64,000 nt of DNA. Source: an uncultured Candidatus Saccharibacteria bacterium (GTDB lineage Bacteria > Patescibacteriota > Minisyncoccia > Phycocordibacterales > UBA918). The notes under the pieces were generated by a model, which worked only from the letters and a program-made list of their open reading frames with translations, made no database searches and had not been told where the DNA came from. The stretch lies in contig CAYGTV010000001.1 in NCBI GenBank assembly GCA_964353135.1, positions 151,138 through 215,137 of the forward strand, written 5' to 3'. Below are positions 28,183 to 37,727 of the stretch, piece after piece. Positions within the stretch are counted from its first letter, which is position 1; every line of letters starts with the position of its first letter. The position numbers were made by a program, and so were the translations under genes.

Positions 28183-29475
28183 ATGAAACAGACATTGCGA
28201 ACCATTGTTGTAAAAATTCTGACTGCCGAGGCAAAACTACTGCTCAAGCGAAAAAACCCAACAATTATCGCCATTGCTGGTAGTGTTGGAAAAACATCTA
28301 CCAAAGACGCTATTTACGCTGCTATCAAGGATCATGTCCCAGCACGCAAAAGCCAACGTAGCTACAATTCAGAAATTGGCGTGCCACTCACTATTCTAGG
28401 CCTTCCAACTGGGTGGGACAGTCCGGTGCGGTGGTTTTGGAATATCATTGATGGTGGTTTTACCGCCTTGTTTGCGGGCAAATACCCGTCTGTGTTGGTA
28501 CTTGAAACCGGAGTTGATGTCCCAGGCGACATGGATGCGCTAGTAAAGTGGCTCAAGCCAGACATTTCAGTCATTACCCGTCTGCCTGACATTCCCGTGC
28601 ACGTGGAAAATTTCTCTTCACCACAAGCCTTGATCGACGAAGAGATGAAATTAGTGCATGCCACCAGATCCTCTGGAGTGATTGTCTATAACATCGATGA
28701 CGTTGTGATAGAGCGAGAGCTACAGACTGTTCGCCAAAAAGCGATCAGTTATGGGCGGTTCCTGCCAGCAGACGTTTCAGTGAAAAAGGATCAGGTGTAC
28801 TATAAAAATGATCGACCTCAGGGTGTGTCATTCACAATTACTCACGGCGCTAGCACCGGAACACTTAAAATCCCTGGTATCGTCGGACTGCAACCTACCT
28901 ACGCCGCTGCAGCTGGTGTGGCAGTTGCTAGTCATCTAGGGATCACCCTTGACTCTGCTTTGGCTGGTTTAGCAGACTATACTACACCTCCGGGTCGGAT
29001 GCGCGTGTTGCCTGGTATCAAAGGTTCAGTGTTGATCGACGATACGTACAACTCTTCACCAGTGGCTGTCGAACACGCAATTGAAACTGCAGCTACTATA
29101 AAACATGCCAAACGACGGATTGCCGTTATGGGAGATATGTTAGAACTGGGCAAGTATTCCTCAGAAGAACACAAAAAGATTGGTGAGAAATTGGCACACA
29201 ATTTTGACATCCTGTTTACGGTCGGGGTTCGGGCACGATTGTTTGCAGAAGGAGCCCTCAACCATGGCATGGACGAGAGTAACATTTTTCAATACGAACA
29301 AGTTGATCGAGCGGGGCGAGAGCTACAGGCCCTACTGCGGCCAGGGGACGTCGTTTTGATTAAAGCGTCGCAGGGGATCAGAGCTGAACGGATCGTAGAA
29401 GAGGTGATGCTAGAGCCCGAGAAGGCCGCTGATGTACTCGTACGACAGGATGAGATTTGGAAAACCAAGGGTTAA
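28183..29475 (+). CDS. murF: UDP-MurNAc-tripeptide--D-Ala-D-Ala ligase
   Basis: GSVGKTSTK, NSEIGVPLT, DDTYNSSP, GDMLELG, KASQG. Confidence 0.92.
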   Translation: MKQTLRTIVVKILTAEAKLLLKRKNPTIIAIAGSVGKTSTKDAIYAAIKDHVPARKSQRSYNSEIGVPLTILGLPTGWDSPVRWFWNIIDGGFTALFAGKYPSVLVLETGVDVPGDMDALVKWLKPDISVITRLPDIPVHVENFSSPQALIDEEMKLVHATRSSGVIVYNIDDVVIERELQTVRQKAISYGRFLPADVSVKKDQVYYKNDRPQGVSFTITHGASTGTLKIPGIVGLQPTYAAAAGVAVASHLGITLDSALAGLADYTTPPGRMRVLPGIKGSVLIDDTYNSSPVAVEHAIETAATIKHAKRRIAVMGDMLELGKYSSEEHKKIGEKLAHNFDILFTVGVRARLFAEGALNHGMDESNIFQYEQVDRAGRELQALLRPGDVVLIKASQGIRAERIVEEVMLEPEKAADVLVRQDEIWKTKG

Positions 29476-29492
29476 TATAGTATAAATAGAAT

Positions 29493-30182
29493 ATGGATAC
29501 ACAACCGATGTACGTAGAACAATCATCAGTCGCGCAGTTCGACCAACAAACGTTCCTACGTCAAACCTACGGACACCTGCTAGGGGCAGTGATTGCCTTT
29601 ATCGCCCTTGAATACGTGCTATTTACCAGTGGAATCGCCTTGGCGATCGCCCCAATTATGACCAGCAACTGGTTGATTGTCATTGGCGGATTTATGCTCC
29701 TTGGATTTATCACTAGCTATTTTGCCGGCCGGGCCAGCACTCCAGGAATGCAGTATGTAGAGATGGGAGTGACCATCTTACTGCAATCAATTATCTTCGT
29801 CCCGCTTTTAGTGGTGGCAATCTACTACACAGACATTTCAGTGTTACAAAACGCGGCCATGATCACCCTGGCAGTATTTGCTGGGATGTCAGCAATAGTG
29901 GCGTATTCTGGCAAGAACTTTTCGTTTCTCGGACCATTTTTAGCCGTCATCGGTATTGCTGCACTGATCGCGATTGTTGGCGCACTTCTATTTGGTTTCT
30001 CGCTTGGATTCTACTTTGCCCTAGCGATGGCAGTATTTGCGGCTGTAGTGGTGTTGTACGAGACATCCAATGTATTACACAAGTATGGCCCTGGTCAGCA
30101 TATCGCTGCCGCTACGGGGCTATTTGCGGCTGTAGCACTACTGTTCTACTACGTCCTGATGGCGTTGATCAGCCGCCGCTAG
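29493..30182 (+). CDS. Bax inhibitor-1/YccA family membrane protein
   Basis: FLRQTYGHL start, about 7 TM helices, LYETS..LH, AA..LF. Confidence 0.85.
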   Translation: MDTQPMYVEQSSVAQFDQQTFLRQTYGHLLGAVIAFIALEYVLFTSGIALAIAPIMTSNWLIVIGGFMLLGFITSYFAGRASTPGMQYVEMGVTILLQSIIFVPLLVVAIYYTDISVLQNAAMITLAVFAGMSAIVAYSGKNFSFLGPFLAVIGIAALIAIVGALLFGFSLGFYFALAMAVFAAVVVLYETSNVLHKYGPGQHIAAATGLFAAVALLFYYVLMALISRR

Positions 30183-30235
30183 CCAAAAGGGCTCCAAACC
30201 ATTGACAAAATACAAAAAAGTTGTATTTTGTCACT

Positions 30236-31546
30236 ATGCAAGCAATCCCCGTCATTGCCGGAATTCTTCTCCTTGGTCTGGTTACCGTATCAGGCTTTAG
30301 TTTGGTGCCCGAGTCAGCCCTTAGTGGCGGCACCAACAGTCTTAATGGTGGTGGGGTACGGATAGATACCGACGTAACGGTTCGTACATCCTCTGGTCAG
30401 CTGTTTTCTGGTTCCGTCAGCCAACCCGATCCGGTAATTACCGCTGTCACCGCCAAAAGTCCACAAAACATCGAGCGCAATACAGCCACGTTGCGTGGGC
30501 GAATTATCGTTGGGCCAGAGAAACTTGGTGTAGCGTTTTTTGTGTACGGAACTAGTCGAGCAGACGTCACTCGTTTGACTGATCGTGCTGATTCATACGC
30601 CGATGTGCTAGAGGATGCGCAGACCAACACGCTGACCAAACGCGTATCTAGCTCACCGCGTCAAACCGGTGATGTGTCGGTCCGGGTTGGTGGTTTAGCG
30701 GTAGATGCAAATTACTACGTACAGCTGTGTGTCGAGATGGAGGAAACATTGCGCTGTTCAGCGGCGCTTGATTTTAAATCTTTAGACGGTCCAGCCCGTG
30801 CGGCTGACGCACGGATTCCTACCCTTCGGGCTAGCAGTGAATTAGTTTCAGGTGAAGAAATTAAACTGTCGATCAACATAGACATGCGTGATACTAAAGA
30901 CGGACGAGTGTACGTATTATATGGAGAGTCTCAATCAGACGTAACGGCGGCTAGTAAAGAGGAGTATGGTGATATTGATGAAAACGGCGACCGTTTGCAA
31001 AAGAGCCGGGTGGCAGCCGGGGTTATTGGGTCTCGTAAATTTGTTGCACTGATTGACGACCTAGACGACAATACTGACTATTTCTATGCAGTATGTGTGT
31101 CATACGATGGCCGGCGAGATGGATTTGTGTGCACGCGGGTATACTCTTTCACCACCCCAGACGATTCGTATGGACAAGCACCACGGGTAACCACTGGGGC
31201 AGTCAGCGTGAGCGGTAATACAATTACGCTTGAAGGAGCGGTAAACATGAGGTCATTTAGGAATACCCAAGCGTTCTTTGTGTACGGCACAGACGAAAGC
31301 GTAGTCAAACAGGTGGAAGGGCAGCGTGCCATGATTAACATTCGCCAAAACGGTGATCGCCTGCAGCGAGTGTTGGTGGATGGTGATCTGGATCGCTCTG
31401 ATTCATTTAGAACTATTGTCCGTGACCTGCGATTTGCGACGCCATACGTTGCGCGTCTGTGTGTCGAGTTTGAAAACGAGGATGAACGCGGCCGCGATCA
31501 CATGTATGTGGAGTGTGGGGAAGTGAGTGAGTTTACGACTAACTAA
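30236..31546 (+). CDS. Exported protein with three FN3-like beta-rich repeats
   Basis: Signal/anchor, then 3x (F/L)xYG(T/E)...L...Y...CVx repeats. Confidence 0.75.
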   Translation: MQAIPVIAGILLLGLVTVSGFSLVPESALSGGTNSLNGGGVRIDTDVTVRTSSGQLFSGSVSQPDPVITAVTAKSPQNIERNTATLRGRIIVGPEKLGVAFFVYGTSRADVTRLTDRADSYADVLEDAQTNTLTKRVSSSPRQTGDVSVRVGGLAVDANYYVQLCVEMEETLRCSAALDFKSLDGPARAADARIPTLRASSELVSGEEIKLSINIDMRDTKDGRVYVLYGESQSDVTAASKEEYGDIDENGDRLQKSRVAAGVIGSRKFVALIDDLDDNTDYFYAVCVSYDGRRDGFVCTRVYSFTTPDDSYGQAPRVTTGAVSVSGNTITLEGAVNMRSFRNTQAFFVYGTDESVVKQVEGQRAMINIRQNGDRLQRVLVDGDLDRSDSFRTIVRDLRFATPYVARLCVEFENEDERGRDHMYVECGEVSEFTTN

Positions 31547-32124
31547 ATTTCTTCCCCTGTCTCTAAAATAATATCCAACAGCTCCTGCTTGCCAGTGCCA
31601 GTTTTAGATGAGTAGGGGACCAGGACAAATCCGTTTAATTCTCGCTGCAATTCCTTGATGCGATTTGGTCGTTTTGATGGTTTTATTTTGTCGATCTTGT
31701 TCAGCACAATGACAATTCGCTTTTTTTCGTCCATCAAGTCTTGTAGCATCGCCCAATCGTCCTTGGTCGGGCCAACCACCGAGTCAATCAGCACAACCAC
31801 TAGTGGATCAGCTTTTGATTTAAATAAATACCAAGAAATAAGTTCGCTAAGCTGTTGGAGAGTTTCTCCACTGGCTTTGGCATAGCCGTAGCCAGGCAAG
31901 TCCATGAAATAGTGCGAGTTGTTGATCAAAAATACGTTAATTTCCTTTGTTCGGCCCGGAGTCTTACTGGCAATAGCCAATTTCTTTTGATTGGTCAGCG
32001 AATTGAGCAGGGTAGATTTACCGGCGTTAGAACGCCCAATAAACGCCACCTGAGGGGTTCCGTTGTGTAGGATGTCAGCCGGACCGACTAGTCCCTGGAG
32101 GAATTTTGCTGAGGTGATTTGCAT
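31543..32124 (-). CDS. engB: GTP-binding protein YihA/YsxC
   Basis: GRSNAGKS, SKTPGRT, DLPGYG, NKID. Confidence 0.95.
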   Translation of the reverse strand: MQITSAKFLQGLVGPADILHNGTPQVAFIGRSNAGKSTLLNSLTNQKKLAIASKTPGRTKEINVFLINNSHYFMDLPGYGYAKASGETLQQLSELISWYLFKSKADPLVVVLIDSVVGPTKDDWAMLQDLMDEKKRIVIVLNKIDKIKPSKRPNRIKELQRELNGFVLVPYSSKTGTGKQELLDIILETGEEI

Positions 32125-32293
32125 GTAGGGAATGGTAGCAGAATTGGAGAGGGAATGCGACGTAAAAGACTGTAGGATGAAATTTGAGTGAGTTGTAAGT
32201 ACTTATTTAAAATTCGTTTTTCTTGCTGGTGAAAAAAGTGACGTTGAGTTAGCGACACTTTCGATGTATGTAAAAACATGGTAGGTTGTTTTT

Positions 32294-32471
32294 GGAGAGG
32301 TACATTCTCCGGAAAGGAGGCTACTATGGAAGGTGGCTAACCCTGGTCCGCTGAACTGAAATGCGCAGACTTGCGCACCATTGCGCCCCTAGGGTGATAC
32401 GGCCTTGGCCGTCTTTATTCAGTCATCAGCGACCACAGGCCGCGCTCATTGTGAGTGCGGCCTTTTTGTTT
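32294..32471 (+). ncRNA. Putative structured small RNA (unclassified) containing mini-ORF MEGG
   Basis: Extended -10 TGgTAGGTT upstream; 5' hairpins, long closing stem with three short hairpins, + strand terminator. Confidence 0.55.
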
Positions 32472-32477
32472 GAATAC

Positions 32478-33236
32478 TCAATTGACTACTGGATTGTGGT
32501 CCCAGTAGGTATCAAAAAGTCGTTTCATCGCTTTAGCAATATCGGCTTGGTCGATAGTGACCCCGACTATGTCACTTTTCATTGCTGCAAACGAAACTGT
32601 GTTTCCATAAATGTATATGTCACAACCAAATAAGCCAGAGGCGTCTTTGATTCGTTTTAAATGTTGATAATGAAACGGATTAAAATCTGGTCCAGATTCC
32701 AAGCTATAAATAATGTATGACTGGATAGTTTGTTGTTTACGCTTATCACTGTAGGAACGCAGCTCATCTTTTGTAAAGACTCTAGTTAAGTCATCATAAT
32801 CCATTACTATGCGGATTTTTTTGTCTTCAGAATTGAATACTTCATTGCGCATTGCCATCAGTCCATCTTTACCTTGAAAGTGTCGAATCACTGGAGTGAC
32901 ACCGTGGCTCACATATGCTTTAGCTAAATCAGGTAGCAGCTCTTTAATTTGTTTTTTCTGGCGCTCGAGGGTGGTGATTTGTTTATGCAGTAGTACCTCT
33001 AAGTTTTCTGGTGATTGGGCAGTAAAAAAAGTTTTCTTTTCATTTTTAAAACTAGCCACCAAGCCCAGATTTAACAATGACCGTAACTGCACGTAGGTAG
33101 TAGAGCGATTTAGCTTGGTTTGTGTTGCGAGTTGGCTGGCTGTGGTTTTTCCGGTACGTAAAAGTGTCTCGTATACGACAGCTTCTTTCTCACTTAACCC
33201 AAACCTTTGCAATTGCTTTGTGTGTGTAGATTCCAT
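32478..33236 (-). CDS. TrmB-family transcriptional regulator
   Basis: LQRFGLSEKEAVVYETLL..RSTTY..L.SL...GLV winged HTH; C-terminal DIYIYGN.V effector-like domain. Confidence 0.85.
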   Translation of the reverse strand: MESTHTKQLQRFGLSEKEAVVYETLLRTGKTTASQLATQTKLNRSTTYVQLRSLLNLGLVASFKNEKKTFFTAQSPENLEVLLHKQITTLERQKKQIKELLPDLAKAYVSHGVTPVIRHFQGKDGLMAMRNEVFNSEDKKIRIVMDYDDLTRVFTKDELRSYSDKRKQQTIQSYIIYSLESGPDFNPFHYQHLKRIKDASGLFGCDIYIYGNTVSFAAMKSDIVGVTIDQADIAKAMKRLFDTYWDHNPVVN

Positions 33237-33427
33237 ATTTGTTAAAAAACAATAACACTTTTTGTCAAAAATTACACATTTTTGGTTTATTATGGCAGAA
33301 TTTTGCTATTTTTTATGTAAACAGATAATTATTTTTGACATTTATCGCGAGTCTGAGATTATAAATAGTGTTGAAATTATAAGTTCCTCAAGATGAAGAC
33401 ATTATCTTGATGTAATAATAAATCACT

Positions 33428-33676
33428 ATGAGTATTATTGGATGGATCATTTTAGGTGGAATTGCTGGCTGGATTGCGTCACTGGTTATGAAAGCTGACG
33501 CTTCTATGGGTATTTTTGCCAACATTTTAGTCGGTATTGTGGGAGCCTTTATCGGGGGCTTTGCATTCAGTCTCATTGGGGCTACCGAAGTTACTGGTTT
33601 TAATCTCTACAGTCTCTTGGTCGCGACGGTGGGGGCAGTTATTTTGCTTTGGATTGTGCAGTTGGCACGGTCATAG
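33428..33676 (+). CDS. GlsB/YeaQ/YmgE stress response membrane protein
   Basis: WIILGGIAGWIAS...NILVGIVGAFIGG...VATVGAVILL. Confidence 0.9.
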   Translation: MSIIGWIILGGIAGWIASLVMKADASMGIFANILVGIVGAFIGGFAFSLIGATEVTGFNLYSLLVATVGAVILLWIVQLARS

Positions 33677-33717
33677 AGAAATCTGTCGAACGTTATTAGC
33701 TGAATAAAATATAAAGT

Positions 33718-34227
33718 ATGCAAAATCAATCAACAAACACTGGCTGGATATGGTTCGTTGGAATCATCAGTATCGTCGCCCTAGTGCTGGCGTGGATGGC
33801 TTACAATCGCGCAGGCGAAAACCTATCAACCCAAGTTGAGCAAGTCGGAGATGAGCTTGCGATGGAAGCAGAGCAAGCGACCAATCAGCTTGGCAGCGCT
33901 GTAGAACAAAATACAGACCAGGTCGTAAGCAGTACCGAAGCCGCGTTGGCTCGAGCCGAAGCTAGAGCTGAACTGCTCGCCCTAGAAGCTGAACTGGAGG
34001 TGGAGGCTAACTATCAAGCAGCGGTAGCCCAAGTGGAACAAGTTCGTTTAGACTTGCGTAATACCTACCAAAACGCTGAGGGAGAGGTGAGGGCACAGTG
34101 GCAAGAGGTAGATCAAGAACTGAGCGATTTAGAATCCTCGCTTCGAACCGAGTCGGCTGATGCATTAGAAGTATTGGGTGGACTCATTCTTATGCTTGAG
34201 GCAGACGTTCGAACTGATGAACAATAA
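33718..34227 (+). CDS. Membrane-anchored helical hypothetical protein
   Basis: N-terminal TM helix, A/E/Q-rich coiled coil. Confidence 0.8.
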   Translation: MQNQSTNTGWIWFVGIISIVALVLAWMAYNRAGENLSTQVEQVGDELAMEAEQATNQLGSAVEQNTDQVVSSTEAALARAEARAELLALEAELEVEANYQAAVAQVEQVRLDLRNTYQNAEGEVRAQWQEVDQELSDLESSLRTESADALEVLGGLILMLEADVRTDEQ

Positions 34228-34279
34228 GTAAAAGTAATTACATAATTTAAGAACATTAGGAGCACTAACAGTAAAATAT

Positions 34280-34441
34280 ATGTCGCATACGTTTAAAAAA
34301 ACCATCGATAACACTACAATAGTGCAACTAGAGCGAGCCAACGAAATTAGAGAGTTGTTAACTGAGCAAAAAACCACCAAACTTTCTCCTGAAATAGAAC
34401 GAGTCGTGCAGCAAGCTGCCTTAGTAGAAATAATCTCATAA
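34280..34441 (+). CDS. Small hypothetical protein (53 aa, not in ORF track)
   Basis: MSHTFKKTIDNTTIVQLERANEIRELL...EIIS*; fills the gap, -10 TAAAAT upstream, stop 5 nt before the next ATG. Confidence 0.5.
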   Translation: MSHTFKKTIDNTTIVQLERANEIRELLTEQKTTKLSPEIERVVQQAALVEIIS

Positions 34442-34446
34442 TTACT

Positions 34447-34728
34447 ATGAATAATACTAATCACACTGTCAGTGTAGTCGAAGACCGTATCAAAGAATAC
34501 CAGGCGCAGCTTAAAGAATGGGAAGCAGAAGTAGAGCAGCTTGATGCCGAAGCAAGAATTGCATACGAGCAAGAACGCGATGGTTTCACTCGCGAACTAG
34601 CAGAAGCGTGGCAGGATCTCACTGAGGCAAAACTTGAAGAGTATATGGCACGCGTTGAAGGGTCATATCAAAATCTCAAGGCTCGTTGGGATACATATTT
34701 GGCCAAGCGTGGCAGTAGTGGCACGTAA
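34447..34728 (+). CDS. Coiled-coil hypothetical protein
   Basis: QAQLKEWEAEVEQL.AEA...AW..L pattern. Confidence 0.75.
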   Translation: MNNTNHTVSVVEDRIKEYQAQLKEWEAEVEQLDAEARIAYEQERDGFTRELAEAWQDLTEAKLEEYMARVEGSYQNLKARWDTYLAKRGSSGT

Positions 34729-34846
34729 TAAAGAGGGGTCACGACCTGCATCGAACGTGACTCAATCTTGTTAAATCAATCAGATCATATGAACACACAA
34801 AACTGCCACCAAAAAAGCCGATCGGGTACCTGGCGTAAAAAATAAT

Positions 34847-35443
34847 ATGCCAGCGCACAAAAACTACCATCGTTTGGAGAACGTCGTGCAGAAAGTCACT
34901 GACATGAGTCAGGATAAGGATAGGGTGACCGTCTCAGACGTGCTTGACGTCATTGGACGTCGTACATTTGGCCCACTTTTAGTCTTTATCGGACTTATTC
35001 TAGCGATTCCTGGAGTTGGGGATATTCCCGGAGTGCCAGTGCTGTTTGGGGCAATTATCATCCTTACAGTTGGACAGCAAGTAGTCGGTCGGTCGCATAT
35101 TTGGCTACCTGATTGGTTGTTACGTCGATCAGTGAAACGCAAATATCTAAAAAAATCACTAGCCTACGCGAAGCGGCCAGCCAGAAAGGTAGACCAGTGG
35201 ACGACTGAACGACTAGATGTGCTCGTTACCAATAAAATCAGCATATATGCTAGTTCGTTAGCCTGCCTCTCGATTTCTATTCTGACTCCAGCCATGGAGG
35301 TCGTATTTTTCAGCGCTAATATTGCTGGAGTCTGCTTGTTCTTGTTTGGGTTGGCCTACTTGGCTCATGACGGGTTGGTGATGCTCCTGAGCTTTGCCGT
35401 ATATCTCGGATTACTAACATTACTCATACTTGGTCTTACTTAA
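34847..35443 (+). CDS. exoD: ExoD-family exopolysaccharide biosynthesis membrane protein
   Basis: GRRTFGPLL, IPGVP, Q..GR..IWLP.W, HDG. Confidence 0.88.
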   Translation: MPAHKNYHRLENVVQKVTDMSQDKDRVTVSDVLDVIGRRTFGPLLVFIGLILAIPGVGDIPGVPVLFGAIIILTVGQQVVGRSHIWLPDWLLRRSVKRKYLKKSLAYAKRPARKVDQWTTERLDVLVTNKISIYASSLACLSISILTPAMEVVFFSANIAGVCLFLFGLAYLAHDGLVMLLSFAVYLGLLTLLILGLT

Positions 35444-35451
35444 ATTAAATT

Positions 35452-36195
35452 ATGTCCACGTCACTCATTGCTGCACTATTCATCATCGGAGCGATCCTTG
35501 TAGCTGGAGTACTCTGGTACTTTCTGCGTGATTCTACTGTCTGGCTTGTGGCACGGGTATCACCACACGAACAGACAGCAGTCGGTCGACCACAGGTGCT
35601 TATCCTAGGCGATAGTACAGGGTATGGCACTGGAGCATCTGACGGCGAGTATAGTATCGCTGGTCGCATTGGCAACACATACGATGTATCAATTAACAAT
35701 CAGAGTGTAAATGGTCGTACGATTGGAGAGTTAGAGCAAGACAAAGAATCAATTTTAGGTAGGTATGAAGTTATTCTGCTACAAATCGGTGCTAACGATA
35801 TATTACAAAGACGATCAGTTGCTGAAGTTGAAGTAGAACTACGCCGCCTTGTTTCTTACTTGACGCGTAAAACTGACCATTTGCTCATGATGTCGTCTGG
35901 TAACGTCGGCGGAGCGATTGCGTTTTCAGATACCGAAGCCACTGAGTACGAGACACTCTCCCGTCAGTATCGAGCAATGTTCATGCGAGTTGCTACCGAG
36001 AAGGAGTTAACCTATGTAGATTTGTTTGAAGAACCAGAAAATGATGTCTTTGTCGCCCAGCCAGACCTATACTTTGCCGCCGACGGTTTGCATCCGAGTG
36101 ATGCGGGCTACGCAGTGTGGTTTTCGAAGCTGCAAACGATCCTGCACCCAATTCTAAAAAACTATGAAGTGGCCTTTTCAAACATTCGAAATTAA
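35452..36195 (+). CDS. SGNH/GDSL hydrolase
   Basis: LGDSTGYG, IGAND, DGLHPSDAGY. Confidence 0.9.
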   Translation: MSTSLIAALFIIGAILVAGVLWYFLRDSTVWLVARVSPHEQTAVGRPQVLILGDSTGYGTGASDGEYSIAGRIGNTYDVSINNQSVNGRTIGELEQDKESILGRYEVILLQIGANDILQRRSVAEVEVELRRLVSYLTRKTDHLLMMSSGNVGGAIAFSDTEATEYETLSRQYRAMFMRVATEKELTYVDLFEEPENDVFVAQPDLYFAADGLHPSDAGYAVWFSKLQTILHPILKNYEVAFSNIRN

Positions 36196-36766
36196 CTGGG
36201 TGGCAAGTGGATTGTTTGCCACACTAGTCTTACAAGGTCTGTATTTTGTGCGGGCTGAAGCTTGGTCAGAAGTGTTTGTGGTGCTGGTGGCTATTGTGTT
36301 TGCATTACTCCCGTACGTGGTATCTCAGTACGTAGCAGTGAAGCCTAGTCAAACTATTCTGACGGGTATAGTTGTATTTGTATTATGCACGCTCGTCCTT
36401 GGTGAAATTTACAAGTTTTATTCCGTGTTTCAGTGGTGGGATATCTTCTTGCACGTTATTGCTGGCGTCGGATTAGGAATTCTTGGATACCTCTGGCTGT
36501 ACAATCTCAGACAGGAACAAACCGTTAAAAACCGACCGGTGCTGTATAGCGTAATGATTTTTTGTGCGAGTGTAACCGTTCTTACGCTTTGGGAAGTGTA
36601 TGAATTTGGTATTGATCAATTAGACTGGTCAACAAACAGAATGCAACCAAATCTCTTCGATACTATGACTGATATTACCGTTGGTTTGGCTGGTGTATTG
36701 TTCGTATGTATTGGTGGTTACATACTGTTGCGTCAAGAAAAAACTGTGCGACATCTTATAACCTGA
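36164..36766 (+). CDS. Membrane protein (DUF2238-like)
   Basis: WWDIFLH, WEVYEF..D, DTMTD motifs in a TM protein. Confidence 0.75.
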   Translation: MKWPFQTFEINWVASGLFATLVLQGLYFVRAEAWSEVFVVLVAIVFALLPYVVSQYVAVKPSQTILTGIVVFVLCTLVLGEIYKFYSVFQWWDIFLHVIAGVGLGILGYLWLYNLRQEQTVKNRPVLYSVMIFCASVTVLTLWEVYEFGIDQLDWSTNRMQPNLFDTMTDITVGLAGVLFVCIGGYILLRQEKTVRHLIT

Positions 36767-37256
36767 TGCTTATCATAAATTTATGAACATGCTACCTGTA
36801 GATCCCCAGAGAGTATCGGTCAGGAGTCGATTGTTTTCATGAATAAAATTGTATCCCTCGGGACCTTTGAAACATGACTCAATGTCACGTTTCAACCACT
36901 GTTTTTCTCCTTAGGAATGAATGAAAAACATGTCTCTGCCCATCACATTGGCAGGTATGCAAAACTGTTTGCATACTATTTAAAAAAACGCACCCTGCAG
37001 ATGCTGGGTGTGTTTTTTAAATGCCGCTGTGACCCTAGAGGGGCTAGAGTGGAACACCTTTGAAAACCTTGTCTTGAGATGGAACAGAGCGTTTTTAAGT
37101 TTCCAGAGTGATGAAGGGTTTGTAAGAATAAGTCCTGTTTTCAGTAAGTAGAAGTCATTTGCAACCTTACTCACACCCAATCATTAAATAAACACCACGC
37201 AATAAAAAACACCCCACTCACAGAAAGCGGGATGCTTTAGTGTTAAGGGGCGTCAA

Positions 37257-37727
37257 TCAACGAGGAACAAACTCATCCCAACGCTTCACCTCTCCATACA
37301 GAGCGATGTACACACCAGCAGGTAAGCAGTGCACAGCACCGACTGCCATACCAACATTGAAGTCTGCATCTGACTCCCGAAACCGTTCGGGAGTCATTGC
37401 GCCAGTCAACACTATGGTTTTTCCTTCAATGTCAGACAGGTATTTCGCAGTGACATGGATGGCATCTGTACCGTGCATGATGACGATCTTTTTCTCATGG
37501 GTATGCATTGCAGCTCCCTTGATCTCTTCACGATCGTGATCGTTCATCTCGAGACTGTCTTTGCAGCATGCGCTAGTGAAGCTGACTGCGTAAGGGATAC
37601 CTGCACGCCGCTGAATGGCGTGCCAAGCAGCTTCACCGATGACAAAGTTGTAGCCATGATTTTCATCAGTGGCCAGATAATCCTTATCGATCGTGCCACC
37701 TGCTTGGATGAAGCGGATGATACTCAT
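37257..37727 (-). CDS. Short asparaginase-domain protein
   Basis: GGTIDK, HGTD, LTGAM, DADFN. Confidence 0.85.
   Translation of the reverse strand: MSIIRFIQAGGTIDKDYLATDENHGYNFVIGEAAWHAIQRRAGIPYAVSFTSACCKDSLEMNDHDREEIKGAAMHTHEKKIVIMHGTDAIHVTAKYLSDIEGKTIVLTGAMTPERFRESDADFNVGMAVGAVHCLPAGVYIALYGEVKRWDEFVPR

Noticed and set aside
32326-32336. ATGGAAGGTGG shared between the mini-ORF and the start of the ATPase gene (7889)
   Set aside because: It is only 11 nt, in the same sense, and also occurs internally at about 8612; probably chance
32361-32633. 90-aa + strand ORF from the track
   Set aside because: It has no SD, runs through a terminator and lies antisense to the TrmB-like gene
36775-37200. 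Possible pseudogene fragments on the - strand
   Set aside because: Short interrupted frames with no recognisable motif; cannot be supported without blastx
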